From Obrimoposthia wandeli (taxonomy: Eukaryota): DNA of 64,000 nt. Location of the stretch: NCBI GenBank assembly GCA_977020255.1, contig CDROCS010002866.1, forward strand, positions 434,001 to 498,000. The letters are read 5' to 3'. The translations under genes and the position numbers were made by a program. Below the pieces are notes generated by a model. That model was not told the origin of the DNA and made no database searches. It saw only the letters and a program-made list of their open reading frames with translations. Position 1 is the first letter of the stretch; each line of letters starts with the position of its first letter. Shown here one piece after another: positions 9,556 to 19,448 of this stretch.

Positions 9556-9865
9556 ATTTTCCTCCTCAGGTTTAATTCACACACTATCGTTATTAGATTA
9601 ACGATATCTGTATAATTCATTAATTGTTCGACTATTATCAAATGTAATCTGCTCATTCAATACTCAATAACAATATAAAACACTCATACCATTAATTACA
9701 CAACAATAGTTTTTTCAACTAGTTATCTAATAGCACTCTCAAAAATTAAAATTTCACTTTGATTACCTAAAAAATAGCTACCTCTAGATTTTATAGCTTT
9801 GTTAGCTATATCTATTCAAAATTTCGCCTTGTATGCCACTTAGAGGCAAAATCTTTGCCTAAGGT

Positions 9866-10774
9866 TCAGCCAGTCTTAGTATTTTTCAAATGCATTTTGG
9901 TTTCAACGAAGTCCAAAAAACAATCAATTTTTCGGGAAGTTGTTCTAGGTTGTCGATACAGAGCACTCACATGGTAAGTTGCTTGCGGGTAATCAGTCAG
10001 TATTTTAACCAGTCTTCCCGATTCCACATGGGCGTCACTAAAAAATGAATAAACATTGGCTATCCCTACGCCTGAAAGGGCTGCTTCAAGCAACATAAAA
10101 GAATTATTACTTTGAAAAGCGCTTTTTAGAATAATTCTCTTATCTAAAAAATGCCAGTGATTACGCTGATCTTCCCTCGATTTAAATACTATAAGCTGGT
10201 GATTGTGCAACTCATCAATAGAGGTGGGCGTCCCCCAAGTATTCAAATATTCAGATGAAGCAATCAGGTTTAAAGACATTTTCATTAAGTCGATTTTATA
10301 AAGTGGTGAATCATCAAAAGTGGACCAAGTACGAAATGCGATGTCGATATCGTCTTCGATCATATCCAACACTTTATTGGATAAAATAAGCTCTACTTCT
10401 ATTTGTGGGTAAGCCACCATAAACTCGCAAACTATCTTCCCAAACAGATGTTGCCCAAGGACAACAGGGCAAGTGATGCGTAAGATGCCTTGGGGAGAGT
10501 GGTTAAGTTCCGTTATTTGTGTATCTAGCTCATGCCATTCTTGAAGTAACTTCTTTCCTTTTTTGTAATACAGTTTACCTGCGTCGGTCAAAGTCATAGC
10601 TCTAGTTGTCCTATAGAGCAGCGACTGTCCTAAATTAGCTTCAAGTTGACTTACCGCTTTGCTAACAGAAGAGCTTGGTTTTTGTAGATACGCAGCAGCT
10701 TTTGCAAAAGATTGGTGATCTACAACTAAGCAGAATATTTTGAGTAGATGATATTTATCAGTCGAACGACGCAT
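9866..10774 (-). CDS. LysR family transcriptional regulator
   Basis: SFAKAA...SSVSKAVSQLEANLGQSLLYRTTR HTH; divergent from an MFS gene. Confidence 0.92.
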   Translation of the reverse strand: MRRSTDKYHLLKIFCLVVDHQSFAKAAAYLQKPSSSVSKAVSQLEANLGQSLLYRTTRAMTLTDAGKLYYKKGKKLLQEWHELDTQITELNHSPQGILRITCPVVLGQHLFGKIVCEFMVAYPQIEVELILSNKVLDMIEDDIDIAFRTWSTFDDSPLYKIDLMKMSLNLIASSEYLNTWGTPTSIDELHNHQLIVFKSREDQRNHWHFLDKRIILKSAFQSNNSFMLLEAALSGVGIANVYSFFSDAHVESGRLVKILTDYPQATYHVSALYRQPRTTSRKIDCFLDFVETKMHLKNTKTG

Positions 10775-10881
10775 TTTGATTCTTTTAAAGAAAGAGTATC
10801 TTTAATTTTAGAACATTTAATAACTTTATGGAATCAGTAAAATAACCGGCCTCTATCAATTTTCTTTGTTTAAGGTCAATT

Positions 10882-12126
10882 ATGTCTAGTAAATGGTTTT
10901 TTGGTTCACGCTTCGCGATGTCTCTTGCGGATCAATTTTTGCTATTTGTGGTACCCATAATGGTTTTCCAATTCACACAAAGCATCGCCTGGTCTAGTTT
11001 TGCCTTTGCTTTAGAGACACTACCTAGAGTTATTGCCTATCCACTCGCCGGATTAATCAGTGATCGCTATCCCTGTATAAAAATGGTTAGCCTTAGCCTG
11101 TGGTTTAGATCTATCACTTGTACTTGCGCTATTCTTATTACTTGGATTTTAGGTGAGCACTTAGTCCTGAGTATTGTTATCACCTTGTCAGCCGTTTCAG
11201 GTGTTGCCTCTGTACAAGGTTTTATGTCGAGTGAAGTGCTGCTACCTGTGTTATTCAAAAAGCTTCCTTTCGCAACAGTGCAAGCCAAAGTACAAAGCGT
11301 TGATCAAATGTCCATTATAGGCGGGCCTTTATTAGCTGCTTTGGTGCTGCAGTACTTAAATTGGCAATCAGTACTGATAGTAGCAGGAGGTTTGTTCGTG
11401 CTAGCTCAAGCTTTATTTTCTTTGAGCCTTAAGTCTTTAACAGCTGATGCAGAACCTAGATCGTCAGTACTCAATGACAAATTCCCGATGGAATCAGTAC
11501 TGGACTTAAAGTTGATTACACAGCAACTTAAGCAATCATATCACCTAATAATTAATAATAACTCGCTATTAGTCGTTATAGCGCAAACAGCACTCATCAA
11601 CCTTATCTTTGGGGCTGCGCTCGCGACAGGTGCAGCTTTTGTTGCAGGAAAGTTCCAATTGCCTGCTACCGCTTATGGCTTTTTACAAATGATGGGAGCC
11701 TCTACCTCTGTGGTGGTACTGAGTTTAACAGCCGTTTTAGCTGCACGTTTGCGGCTTAAAACAATAGGCATTATTTCCTTTTTCAGTATTTGTTCAGGGG
11801 GTATCGTTTACTCGCTAAGTGAAAGCTACAGTATCTTCGTTATCGGTTTTATGATTATTCTAGGTTTCGATGGCATGTTCAATGTATACATACGCACTAT
11901 AAGGCAAACGGTTATACCCGCAGTTGATTATGGAAAAGCTACCGGTATGATTATTTTCTTTAACAGCCTGACTAAACCTGTGGCCGGCCTTTTAATAGCG
12001 GCTTTTAGTAGTTGGTTGAGTGCGCAGTGGGTGATTCTAGCGCTAGTTATCTTGACGGCCACTCTAGGCATTTTTTTATTTAAAGCTTCACCTAGTGTTT
12101 GTAATCTGCGTGAGGCAAAGTTTTAA
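10882..12126 (+). CDS. MFS transporter (efflux-type)
   Basis: 414 aa, about 12 hydrophobic segments, AGLISDRY motif A. Confidence 0.85.
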   Translation: MSSKWFFGSRFAMSLADQFLLFVVPIMVFQFTQSIAWSSFAFALETLPRVIAYPLAGLISDRYPCIKMVSLSLWFRSITCTCAILITWILGEHLVLSIVITLSAVSGVASVQGFMSSEVLLPVLFKKLPFATVQAKVQSVDQMSIIGGPLLAALVLQYLNWQSVLIVAGGLFVLAQALFSLSLKSLTADAEPRSSVLNDKFPMESVLDLKLITQQLKQSYHLIINNNSLLVVIAQTALINLIFGAALATGAAFVAGKFQLPATAYGFLQMMGASTSVVVLSLTAVLAARLRLKTIGIISFFSICSGGIVYSLSESYSIFVIGFMIILGFDGMFNVYIRTIRQTVIPAVDYGKATGMIIFFNSLTKPVAGLLIAAFSSWLSAQWVILALVILTATLGIFLFKASPSVCNLREAKF

Positions 12127-12375
12127 AATAAATATAATTTCGATGGCCTATGTGGGATGAAATCAGACTAAGTTGGCAGGTAATAATGATCGCTGAGCTA
12201 CTAAAAATTCAGGTTACCCCTGCTATGAAAGAATCAATGCGGCCAAAATAGAATGGTACTTAGTTAAACCCTATCTTTTTTATTCAATTTATATTTTTTG
12301 CATCCCCGCTGATCATTAGATCTTCAACGGATTTAGTCCGCTGCACAGTGAGTAACTTATAACTTTTAAACCATA

Positions 12376-12401
12376 ATTTCATACTTCGAAGTTATATTTA
12401 A
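12376..12401. promoter_or_regulatory. Degenerate copy of the candidate operator, with no gene start nearby
   Basis: ATTTCATACTT is identical to 19167-19177; 21/27 overall with one gap. Confidence 0.3.
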
Positions 12402-12563
12402 CCAGACCTAACGCCAATTTTACTCAATGAGGTCAGCTTAAACATATTAAGCAAAATTGAATAACTAGTGTTTATTTCGGTAGATAACACCCTCTATTTT
12501 CTCGGTAAAAAGACTGACTATTAAAGCTTATTTATAGAGTTATGTAGCTATTTCAAATGAAAA

Positions 12564-12980
12564 CTAGCGACAATAGCTTTGCATATTTTGTCGTAACCCT
12601 TCATCCCAAGGTATCGATTTAGGTGTAGTTTGGGCAAGGCTTACAAATACTAACGTAAGCTCAGTGGTTAAGCGCAGCTGCTCTTCACAATGCACTTGTA
12701 TAGTAATATCGGCACTTTTAGTGCCAATTTTTATAACGCTTAATGAGAAATCTAAACGGTCTTCTAAAAAGCTTGGCGCTTTAAAGCTGGTTTCAATCGC
12801 CGCGGTCGGCACCCCTACTTTTTCAGTTAAATGCATCTTTGCAAAAGAGTAGCCTAGTTCATCAGCAAACCATTGCTCAACGGTGGCGTTTATCATTTCA
12901 AAATAACGCGGGTAGAAAACGATTCCAGCAGGATCACAATGTTGGAATAACACCCGTTGTTGAATTTGATAAACACTCAT
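12564..12980 (-). CDS. Acyl-CoA thioesterase (4-hydroxybenzoyl-CoA thioesterase/hot-dog family)
   Basis: FQHCDPAGIVFYPRYFEM signature. Confidence 0.9.
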   Translation of the reverse strand: MSVYQIQQRVLFQHCDPAGIVFYPRYFEMINATVEQWFADELGYSFAKMHLTEKVGVPTAAIETSFKAPSFLEDRLDFSLSVIKIGTKSADITIQVHCEEQLRLTTELTLVFVSLAQTTPKSIPWDEGLRQNMQSYCR

Positions 12981-13032
12981 ATTTCACTCCGAATTTAATC
13001 TCGTTGTTTGGTTTAAACATACGTAATTGTAA

Positions 13033-13737
13033 TTAAACACCTAAATATTTATTTTGGATATCCGCTAGCATTTTATCAGGCGCATCATCGAACACTGTTC
13101 TTCCACGCTCTAAAATAACGCAATGATCAGCAATAGGTAATAGCTCTTTTAAGGTTTTATCAACAATTAAAATTGATTGCCCTTCGTTTTTCAGTAATTT
13201 TACGGCTCGCCAAATTTCTGCTCTGATGACGGGTGCTAGCCCTTCTGTCGCTTCGTCTAAAATTAGCAATTTAGGATTGGTCATTAAGGCTCGTCCTACC
13301 GCTAGCATTTGCTGCTCTCCACCTGATAAGGTATTTGCATTTTGCTCGCGCCGCTCAGCTAAGCGCGGAAACAGTTGTTCTACGCGCGATAAATCCCAAG
13401 CTTGATGATCAGTTGTATTATCTCTAGCGGCGACTAGTAAGTTCTCTGTGACGGTTAAATTACTAAAGCAGCGGCGCCCTTCTGGTACTAACCCTATACC
13501 CAATTGTGCGATTTTATGCGAAGCCATTTTGCTAATATCAGCACTATTAAAATGCATGCTACCTGCCGCTATTTTAGACATCCCACAAATAGAGCGAATA
13601 GTGGTGGTTTTACCCATGCCATTGCGGCCCATTAGCGCGACGACTTGCCCTTCATTGATCGTTAAATCAACGCCAAATAAAGCTTGCGAGTGCCCATAAT
13701 AAGTTTGTATCGCTTGTATATCTAACAGTGTGCTCAT
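13033..13737 (-). CDS. Liv-type ABC transporter ATP-binding subunit (LivF-like)
   Basis: GRNGMGKTT Walker A, LSGGEQQM, LILDE. Confidence 0.92.
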   Translation of the reverse strand: MSTLLDIQAIQTYYGHSQALFGVDLTINEGQVVALMGRNGMGKTTTIRSICGMSKIAAGSMHFNSADISKMASHKIAQLGIGLVPEGRRCFSNLTVTENLLVAARDNTTDHQAWDLSRVEQLFPRLAERREQNANTLSGGEQQMLAVGRALMTNPKLLILDEATEGLAPVIRAEIWRAVKLLKNEGQSILIVDKTLKELLPIADHCVILERGRTVFDDAPDKMLADIQNKYLGV

Positions 13738-13738
13738 G

Positions 13739-14485
13739 TTATTCCTCCCCCAAATACGCTTCGCGTACTAAAGGATCATTACGTACTTGCTCGACACTAC
13801 CTGTCATAATTATTTTTCCATATACCAGCACAGAAATTCGATCAGCAAGGGAAAAAACCGCATCCATATCATGTTCAACTAATAAAATGGGCGCTTGGTG
13901 GCGTAGCGTATCGAGGAACTTCGTTAGCTTTGCTGATCCCTCTGGCCCCATTCCAGCCATCGGTTCATCGAGCAAAAAGGCTTTAGGCTTTAGTGCCAGC
14001 ACCACCGCTATTTCTAGCTGGCGACGCTCGCCGTGAGAAAGCTCTGCTGCGCAAACATTAGCACGCCTTTCCAAACCTACTTGTAATATGTACTGCATCG
14101 CAGTATCGCGTAGTAGCTTATCTTTAGCGATAGATTTGAAAAAGTGATAACTGCTACCTTGTAGCGCTTGCACTGCTAGCATGACATTGCGCAGCGCTGA
14201 ATATTCCATAATCAATGAAGAGATTTGAAAGGTGCGCCCCAACCCTAAGCTTGCTCTAGCGGCGACATCTAAATGGGTAATATCACCGTTTAAAAATTCT
14301 ATGCAGCCGCTATCGGGTGTTAGCTCGCCACAGATTTGTTTAATCAAGGTAGACTTACCTGCACCGTTAGGTCCGATAACCGCGTGTATTTCACCTGGTT
14401 TAAGTGTCAGGCTTACGTCATCAGTGGCTTTTAATTCACCGAACTTTTTTACTAAGTTATGAATTTCAAGAATATGCTCAGTCAT
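13739..14485 (-). CDS. Liv-type ABC transporter ATP-binding subunit (LivG-like)
   Basis: GPNGAGKST, LSHGERR, LLDEPMAG, VEHDM. Confidence 0.92.
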   Translation of the reverse strand: MTEHILEIHNLVKKFGELKATDDVSLTLKPGEIHAVIGPNGAGKSTLIKQICGELTPDSGCIEFLNGDITHLDVAARASLGLGRTFQISSLIMEYSALRNVMLAVQALQGSSYHFFKSIAKDKLLRDTAMQYILQVGLERRANVCAAELSHGERRQLEIAVVLALKPKAFLLDEPMAGMGPEGSAKLTKFLDTLRHQAPILLVEHDMDAVFSLADRISVLVYGKIIMTGSVEQVRNDPLVREAYLGEE

Positions 14486-15470
14486 GTTTCAGTTCCCCTG
14501 CAAGTAAACCAACAATTCCGCCACGAGCAAATAACACTACCGCTAATAGAACAACACCTAAAAAAAGTGCCCAGTGTTCAGTAATGCCCCCTAAGTAATA
14601 TTCAAATAAAATGAACAGCGCAGCACCCACTACCGGGCCAAATAACCGCCCTACTCCACCTAAAATAACAAAAATCATGATTTCGCCAGAGGTGTGCCAG
14701 GAAAGCATATCAGGACTAACAAAACGATTTAAATCTGCAAATAGAGCACCGGCGAGCGCGGTAATCATCGCCGATATTATAAAGGCCGTTAATTGAATAC
14801 CAAAGGGTTTAATGCCCACCGCCGCTAAGCGTTGCTCGTTTTGTCGAGATGCTTGTAACGCCGCGCCAAAATGTGAATTTTGTACTACATGCACTAAATA
14901 TAAGCAGGCCAATAATAAGCTGCTACAAATAGCAAAAAACACAATTGGATCAAGTGTATTAAACCCCACAAACCCATTGCGGACATAGATAGAAAGACCA
15001 TCTTCACCGCCGTATGTCGGCCAAGAAATTGCAAAATAATAGATCATCTGCGCAAAGGCTAAAGTGAGCATAATAAAATACACGCCTTTTGTGCGTAAGC
15101 TAAAGTAGCCGATAAGCGCTGCGATTAGGCCACTGATTAAAATAGCAATTAGCCAGATAAACAGCATATTGGTACTGCCACTTATATCCATCCCAAACAA
15201 GCTAAAGAGTATTTCATCGTTTAAGACATGAGAGGCTAAAATACCTGCAACATAACCGCCTATGCCAAAAAATGCGGCGTGCCCAAATGAGATTAATCCA
15301 CCCAAACCTAAAGCTAGATTCAAACCCACCCCTGCTAAAGCTAAAATCACTACTTTAGTAAGTAAAGTGATATAAAAAGGTTCATCAATGGCCAACGCTA
15401 AGCAAGGGAGAACGACTAATAAAACAAGTATGACAATATTGAGAATTTGCTCTTTATTAAGACTGTGCAT
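14478..15470 (-). CDS. Liv-type ABC transporter permease (LivM-like)
   Basis: GLISFGHAAFFGIGGY, YFIMLTLAFAQM, VILGGVG motifs. Confidence 0.9.
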   Translation of the reverse strand: MHSLNKEQILNIVILVLLVVLPCLALAIDEPFYITLLTKVVILALAGVGLNLALGLGGLISFGHAAFFGIGGYVAGILASHVLNDEILFSLFGMDISGSTNMLFIWLIAILISGLIAALIGYFSLRTKGVYFIMLTLAFAQMIYYFAISWPTYGGEDGLSIYVRNGFVGFNTLDPIVFFAICSSLLLACLYLVHVVQNSHFGAALQASRQNEQRLAAVGIKPFGIQLTAFIISAMITALAGALFADLNRFVSPDMLSWHTSGEIMIFVILGGVGRLFGPVVGAALFILFEYYLGGITEHWALFLGVVLLAVVLFARGGIVGLLAGELKHD

Positions 15471-15471
15471 T

Positions 15472-16395
15472 TCAGCTTCCCGCCCCTTTAACTAACCCTT
15501 TTGGCTTCACGATTAAAATAACAGCCATGAGTATGTAAATTGCCACTGATGATAATGCGCCACCGATATCGGTCGCCGCTTGTGGCGTCAGTATTAAACC
15601 TAATATATATGGCAATAGAAAACGGCCCATGGTGTCGACAATACCCACCAGCAACGCGCCAATAAAGGCACCTTTAATGGACCCAATCCCTCCGATGACA
15701 ACGACGACAAAAGCCAGAATGAGTACTGAATCTCCCATACCCACTTCTACTGATTGCACCGCGCCTAATAAAGCACCCGCTAATCCGGCTAAGGCCGCAC
15801 CTAAAGCAAAAACCAAAGTGTAAAGCGTGCGTATATCTACCCCTAATGCAGCAATCATTTCTCTATCGGATTCTCCTGCGCGAATGCGCATCCCTAAGCG
15901 TGTTTTCGCGATCAGTAGGTACAAACCAACCGCAACGGCAACACCCACTAAAATAATAAATAGTCGATAGCTTGAGTAATCTAATAACCCAAACAGGCTG
16001 ACAGGTTTAGAGAGAAACTCTGGCACATCTAAATAAAGTGGAAATGAGCCAAATAACCAACGGGTACCCTCTGAGAAAATTAATATAAGCGCATAAGTGG
16101 CTAGCACTTGATCTAAATGATCTCTTTTATACAGCCTGCGTATTACACCGACTTCCACCAGCGCTCCGGCCATTGCCGCTGCGATTAAACTAGCAAGTAA
16201 TCCCAGCCAAAAAGATCCTGTGATCCCAGCGACGATAGCACAGGCAAATGCGCCAACCATGTAGAGCACACCATGGGCTAAATTGATTAACCCCATCACG
16301 CCAAAAACTAGCGTTAGGCCCGCTGACATCAAAAACAGCATCATACCGAACTGAACGCCATTTAATAGTTGTTCAAATATTAAAGTGAGTGTCAT
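15472..16395 (-). CDS. Liv-type ABC transporter permease (LivH-like)
   Basis: GLTLVFGVMGLINLAHG, TRLGMRIRA, VVVIGGIGS motifs. Confidence 0.9.
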   Translation of the reverse strand: MTLTLIFEQLLNGVQFGMMLFLMSAGLTLVFGVMGLINLAHGVLYMVGAFACAIVAGITGSFWLGLLASLIAAAMAGALVEVGVIRRLYKRDHLDQVLATYALILIFSEGTRWLFGSFPLYLDVPEFLSKPVSLFGLLDYSSYRLFIILVGVAVAVGLYLLIAKTRLGMRIRAGESDREMIAALGVDIRTLYTLVFALGAALAGLAGALLGAVQSVEVGMGDSVLILAFVVVVIGGIGSIKGAFIGALLVGIVDTMGRFLLPYILGLILTPQAATDIGGALSSVAIYILMAVILIVKPKGLVKGAGS

Positions 16396-16485
16396 ACGTT
16401 TTCCGACAAAGTATTTTGTACTAAGGGTACAAGGCCAATAATTTGACCAAATTAAACATATAGAGGTCTATAAAAGCGCCATGAA

Positions 16486-16544
16486 ATTTAAAGCATGTGA
16501 TTTAAAAATATAGAATTTAAAAGCACATAATTTAAAAGCAAGCA
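16486..16544. repeat. Four degenerate tandem 14-15-bp units (ATTTAAAAGCA-like)
   Basis: ATTTAAA starts at 16486, 16500, 16515 and 16530. Confidence 0.45.
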
Positions 16545-16720
16545 CTGCTATAGAAAAGCTTAACGCCATAGGTGTAAAGTTGAACGTTGTTGTTAACGGG
16601 TAATAACATTAAGAGTGCGGTTGAATATGAAAATGCGCTTTAGCAATACTTTAATAGACGCTCATAATAGTGCTTCATAAACGTCAGCTAAATTGCATTC
16701 TCAATATTCTAATCGCTTTT

Positions 16721-17866
16721 TTATAGTTTACATTCGCTAGCGTAAACATCACTATGATTTTCAAGCGCTGTGCTAATGATTTTATTAGTTAACACACCGT
16801 TTTCTTCAATCACTTCACGTACATAGATATTTTGAATTGGATGTTGATTAGAGGCAAACTTAAAGTCGCCGCGCACTGACGAGAAATCAGCTTTGTTTAA
16901 AGCCGCTCTAAACGCATCTCGATCCTTAACATCAGCTACTTTCATTGCAGCAAGGATCAAGTTGGCAGTATCAAATCCTTGGCTGGCATACAGTGATGGC
17001 AATCGATCATATTCGGCGCTAAAAGAGCTAACAAACGCTTTATTTGCCGCGTTATCTAAATCTTTGTTCCACTGTGATGAATTTTTCACCCCAAGTGCTG
17101 CCTTACCCACTGCTTTTAAAATACCTTGATCGAACGAGAATGCAGGCCCCATGATAGGTAACCTAACACCGGATTGTGTATATTGCTTCATAAACGAAAT
17201 ACCCATCCCACCAGGTAGGAAGAAATAGATACTATCGGCACCCGATGCACGAATTTGTGCAATTTCAGCGGCGTAATCTTTTTGCCCAAGCTTAGTGTAA
17301 GTTTCCCCTGCTAAACCACCTTTAAACATGCGCTTAAAACCAGTTAAAGCATCTTTACCTGCTGGGTAGTTTGGCGCCAAAATGTAAGGTTTGCTGTAAC
17401 CTGTTTTGGTGGCGTAAGAGCCCATTGCTTCATGTAAATTATCATTTTGCCAAGCAACGTTGAAATAATTCTCATGGCAGCGTTTACCGGCTAACGCAGA
17501 TGGTCCTGCATTGGGAGATAAGTAAAATTTATTTTGTGCAACAGCGCTTGGCACAACGGCCATCGCCAAGTTTGACCAAACAATACCGGTTAAAATATCC
17601 ACTTTTTCACGCTGAATCATCTTATCGGCTATTTGCACTGCTAAAGGCGGTTTGCGTGCATCATCTTCAATGACAACACTTAAATCTGCATTTCCAGCTT
17701 GTTTAACGGCGAGCATAAAGCCGTCACGTATATCTATACCTAAACTAGCGCCACCGCCTGTAAGGGTAGTTATCATCCCTACTTTTACAGGTGCGGCGAA
17801 TAAAGCCGCACTACTAAATGCCGTCACACTTAAACCTAGAGCTACTGCTATTGCTGTTTTTTTCAT
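16721..17866 (-). CDS. Liv-type ABC transporter substrate-binding protein (aromatic-acid-binding clade likely)
   Basis: Signal peptide, VKVGMITTLTG, EDDARKP, YILAPNYPAGKD; type 1 periplasmic binding fold. Confidence 0.88.
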   Translation of the reverse strand: MKKTAIAVALGLSVTAFSSAALFAAPVKVGMITTLTGGGASLGIDIRDGFMLAVKQAGNADLSVVIEDDARKPPLAVQIADKMIQREKVDILTGIVWSNLAMAVVPSAVAQNKFYLSPNAGPSALAGKRCHENYFNVAWQNDNLHEAMGSYATKTGYSKPYILAPNYPAGKDALTGFKRMFKGGLAGETYTKLGQKDYAAEIAQIRASGADSIYFFLPGGMGISFMKQYTQSGVRLPIMGPAFSFDQGILKAVGKAALGVKNSSQWNKDLDNAANKAFVSSFSAEYDRLPSLYASQGFDTANLILAAMKVADVKDRDAFRAALNKADFSSVRGDFKFASNQHPIQNIYVREVIEENGVLTNKIISTALENHSDVYASECKL

Positions 17867-18233
17867 TAGTTTTTCCCCATTAAATTATTGTTATTTTGTC
17901 GATAAAAAACGATTCATGAAGCTTTTATGTAACTCCTTTACTTTAAAGCACCTCTCTACTTAAACCTTTGATTAAATGGCAAAAGTCTACATAGATATTT
18001 GTATTTAGCAACGCTTTTGAATTCAAATTTCCTATTGGGAACTATATTGTCCATTAATAAGCTGGTACTGAAGTGCTTCATTGTTTAGTAACTTCAAATG
18101 TAAAATCGTCATTTTTGAAATTACTAGTAGGCAAACTTACTCAATATATTTAGCACGACTTGGCAAAAACATGCAATTAGTACTCAATCTCATAATACTA
18201 AGAAATCACTCTTTACATTCATTATAGTCAACC

Positions 18234-19070
18234 TTACAGCTTTGTCCTTACTGTCCAAAGTTCAGGGAACAAGATAGTGTCTAGCATACGTCTTAGATAT
18301 GACACGCCTCCAGTACCGCCTGTCCCTCTTTTCAATCCAATAATGCGCTCCACTGTTGTAACATGATTAAAGCGCCAGCGTCTGAAGTAATCTTCGAAAT
18401 CTACCAGCTTTTCTGCTAGTTCGTAGAGCATCCAATGCTCTTCTGGGTTTGTATATACTTGTTGCCAAGCTGCTTCTACGACTTCACTGTGCTGATGGTT
18501 ATCGCGCCATTTTCGATTATCTAAAACACTTGATAAATCAAAGCCGTTACGATGCATAAGCAATAATGTTTCATCATACAAACTAGGCATAGCTAAAATA
18601 GACTCTAACTGCTGTGTTACTTTATCATCGTGATCATGGGGTTTAAGCATCGCCAGATTACGATTACCCACCACATATTCCACTACTCGATATTGATAGG
18701 ATTGAAACCCAGATGATTTACCCAGTGAGTCTCTGAAAGTAGTATATTCACTTGGCGTCATAGTACGCAGTACATCCCAAGCGCTATTTAATTGCTCAAA
18801 AATTCTGGAAACACGAGATAAGTGTTTAAATGCCGGTCTTAAATTATCAGTTCTAATTTCTTTTAGCGTCGCTTGCATTTCAATGATGGCTAATTTAAGC
18901 CATAGCTCTGATGTTTGATGCTGAATAATAAACAGCATTTCATCATGTGCTGCAGACAAAGGCTTTTGACTATCTAAAATACTATCAAGTTGCAAGTAAT
19001 CTGCGTACGACATTTTGTCATTAAAATCCATTTCTGCACCATCTGATGCTGGATTGTAGGGGCAACTCAT
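18234..19070 (-). CDS. kynA: Tryptophan 2,3-dioxygenase
   Basis: [46 protein letters not shown]. Confidence 0.96.
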   Translation of the reverse strand: MSCPYNPASDGAEMDFNDKMSYADYLQLDSILDSQKPLSAAHDEMLFIIQHQTSELWLKLAIIEMQATLKEIRTDNLRPAFKHLSRVSRIFEQLNSAWDVLRTMTPSEYTTFRDSLGKSSGFQSYQYRVVEYVVGNRNLAMLKPHDHDDKVTQQLESILAMPSLYDETLLLMHRNGFDLSSVLDNRKWRDNHQHSEVVEAAWQQVYTNPEEHWMLYELAEKLVDFEDYFRRWRFNHVTTVERIIGLKRGTGGTGGVSYLRRMLDTILFPELWTVRTKL

Positions 19071-19152
19071 GATATTTAATCCTCAACATTTTTAGTTTGC
19101 TGCATATAGAAAAATAACAGCGATAAACTAATACTGCCAATAATCAATAATA

Positions 19153-19194
19153 ATTTCAACCTTAAAATTTCATACTTAAAGCTTTATACTTAAA
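19153..19194. promoter_or_regulatory. Candidate operator: three tandem 14-bp units upstream of kynA
   Basis: ATTTCAACCTTAAA / ATTTCATACTTAAA / GCTTTATACTTAAA at an exact 14-bp period, 83-124 nt upstream of the start. Confidence 0.6.
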
Positions 19195-19448
19195 ATAAAT
19201 TAACAAACCTCTTTTTCCAATTTCAAATCACCCCAATAATCTCAGATTTATAATGCTCAGGCTGAACCAATAAAAGCTTAGCAGCAATGCTTAAACTGGC
19301 TGGTCATCAGTTGTTTTTTGAAGGAAAAGATAGAGATTAAGACAGCAGCGCAATGGAGTAGGAATTAATATTAAGCTAGATTATAAGTAGTGTAGCAATA
19401 CTCACACAAGAAATGTGCGCTTATCAAAGAAATAGCAGCGCGCTATTA

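Noticed and set aside
12130-12560. Pseudogene in the MFS-thioesterase gap
   Set aside because: Hand translation gave only short open frames with no recognisable motif.
18160-18175. Sigma-54-like TTGGCA...ATGCA
   Set aside because: GG-GC spacing is 9 rather than 10, and it points away from the minus-strand genes.
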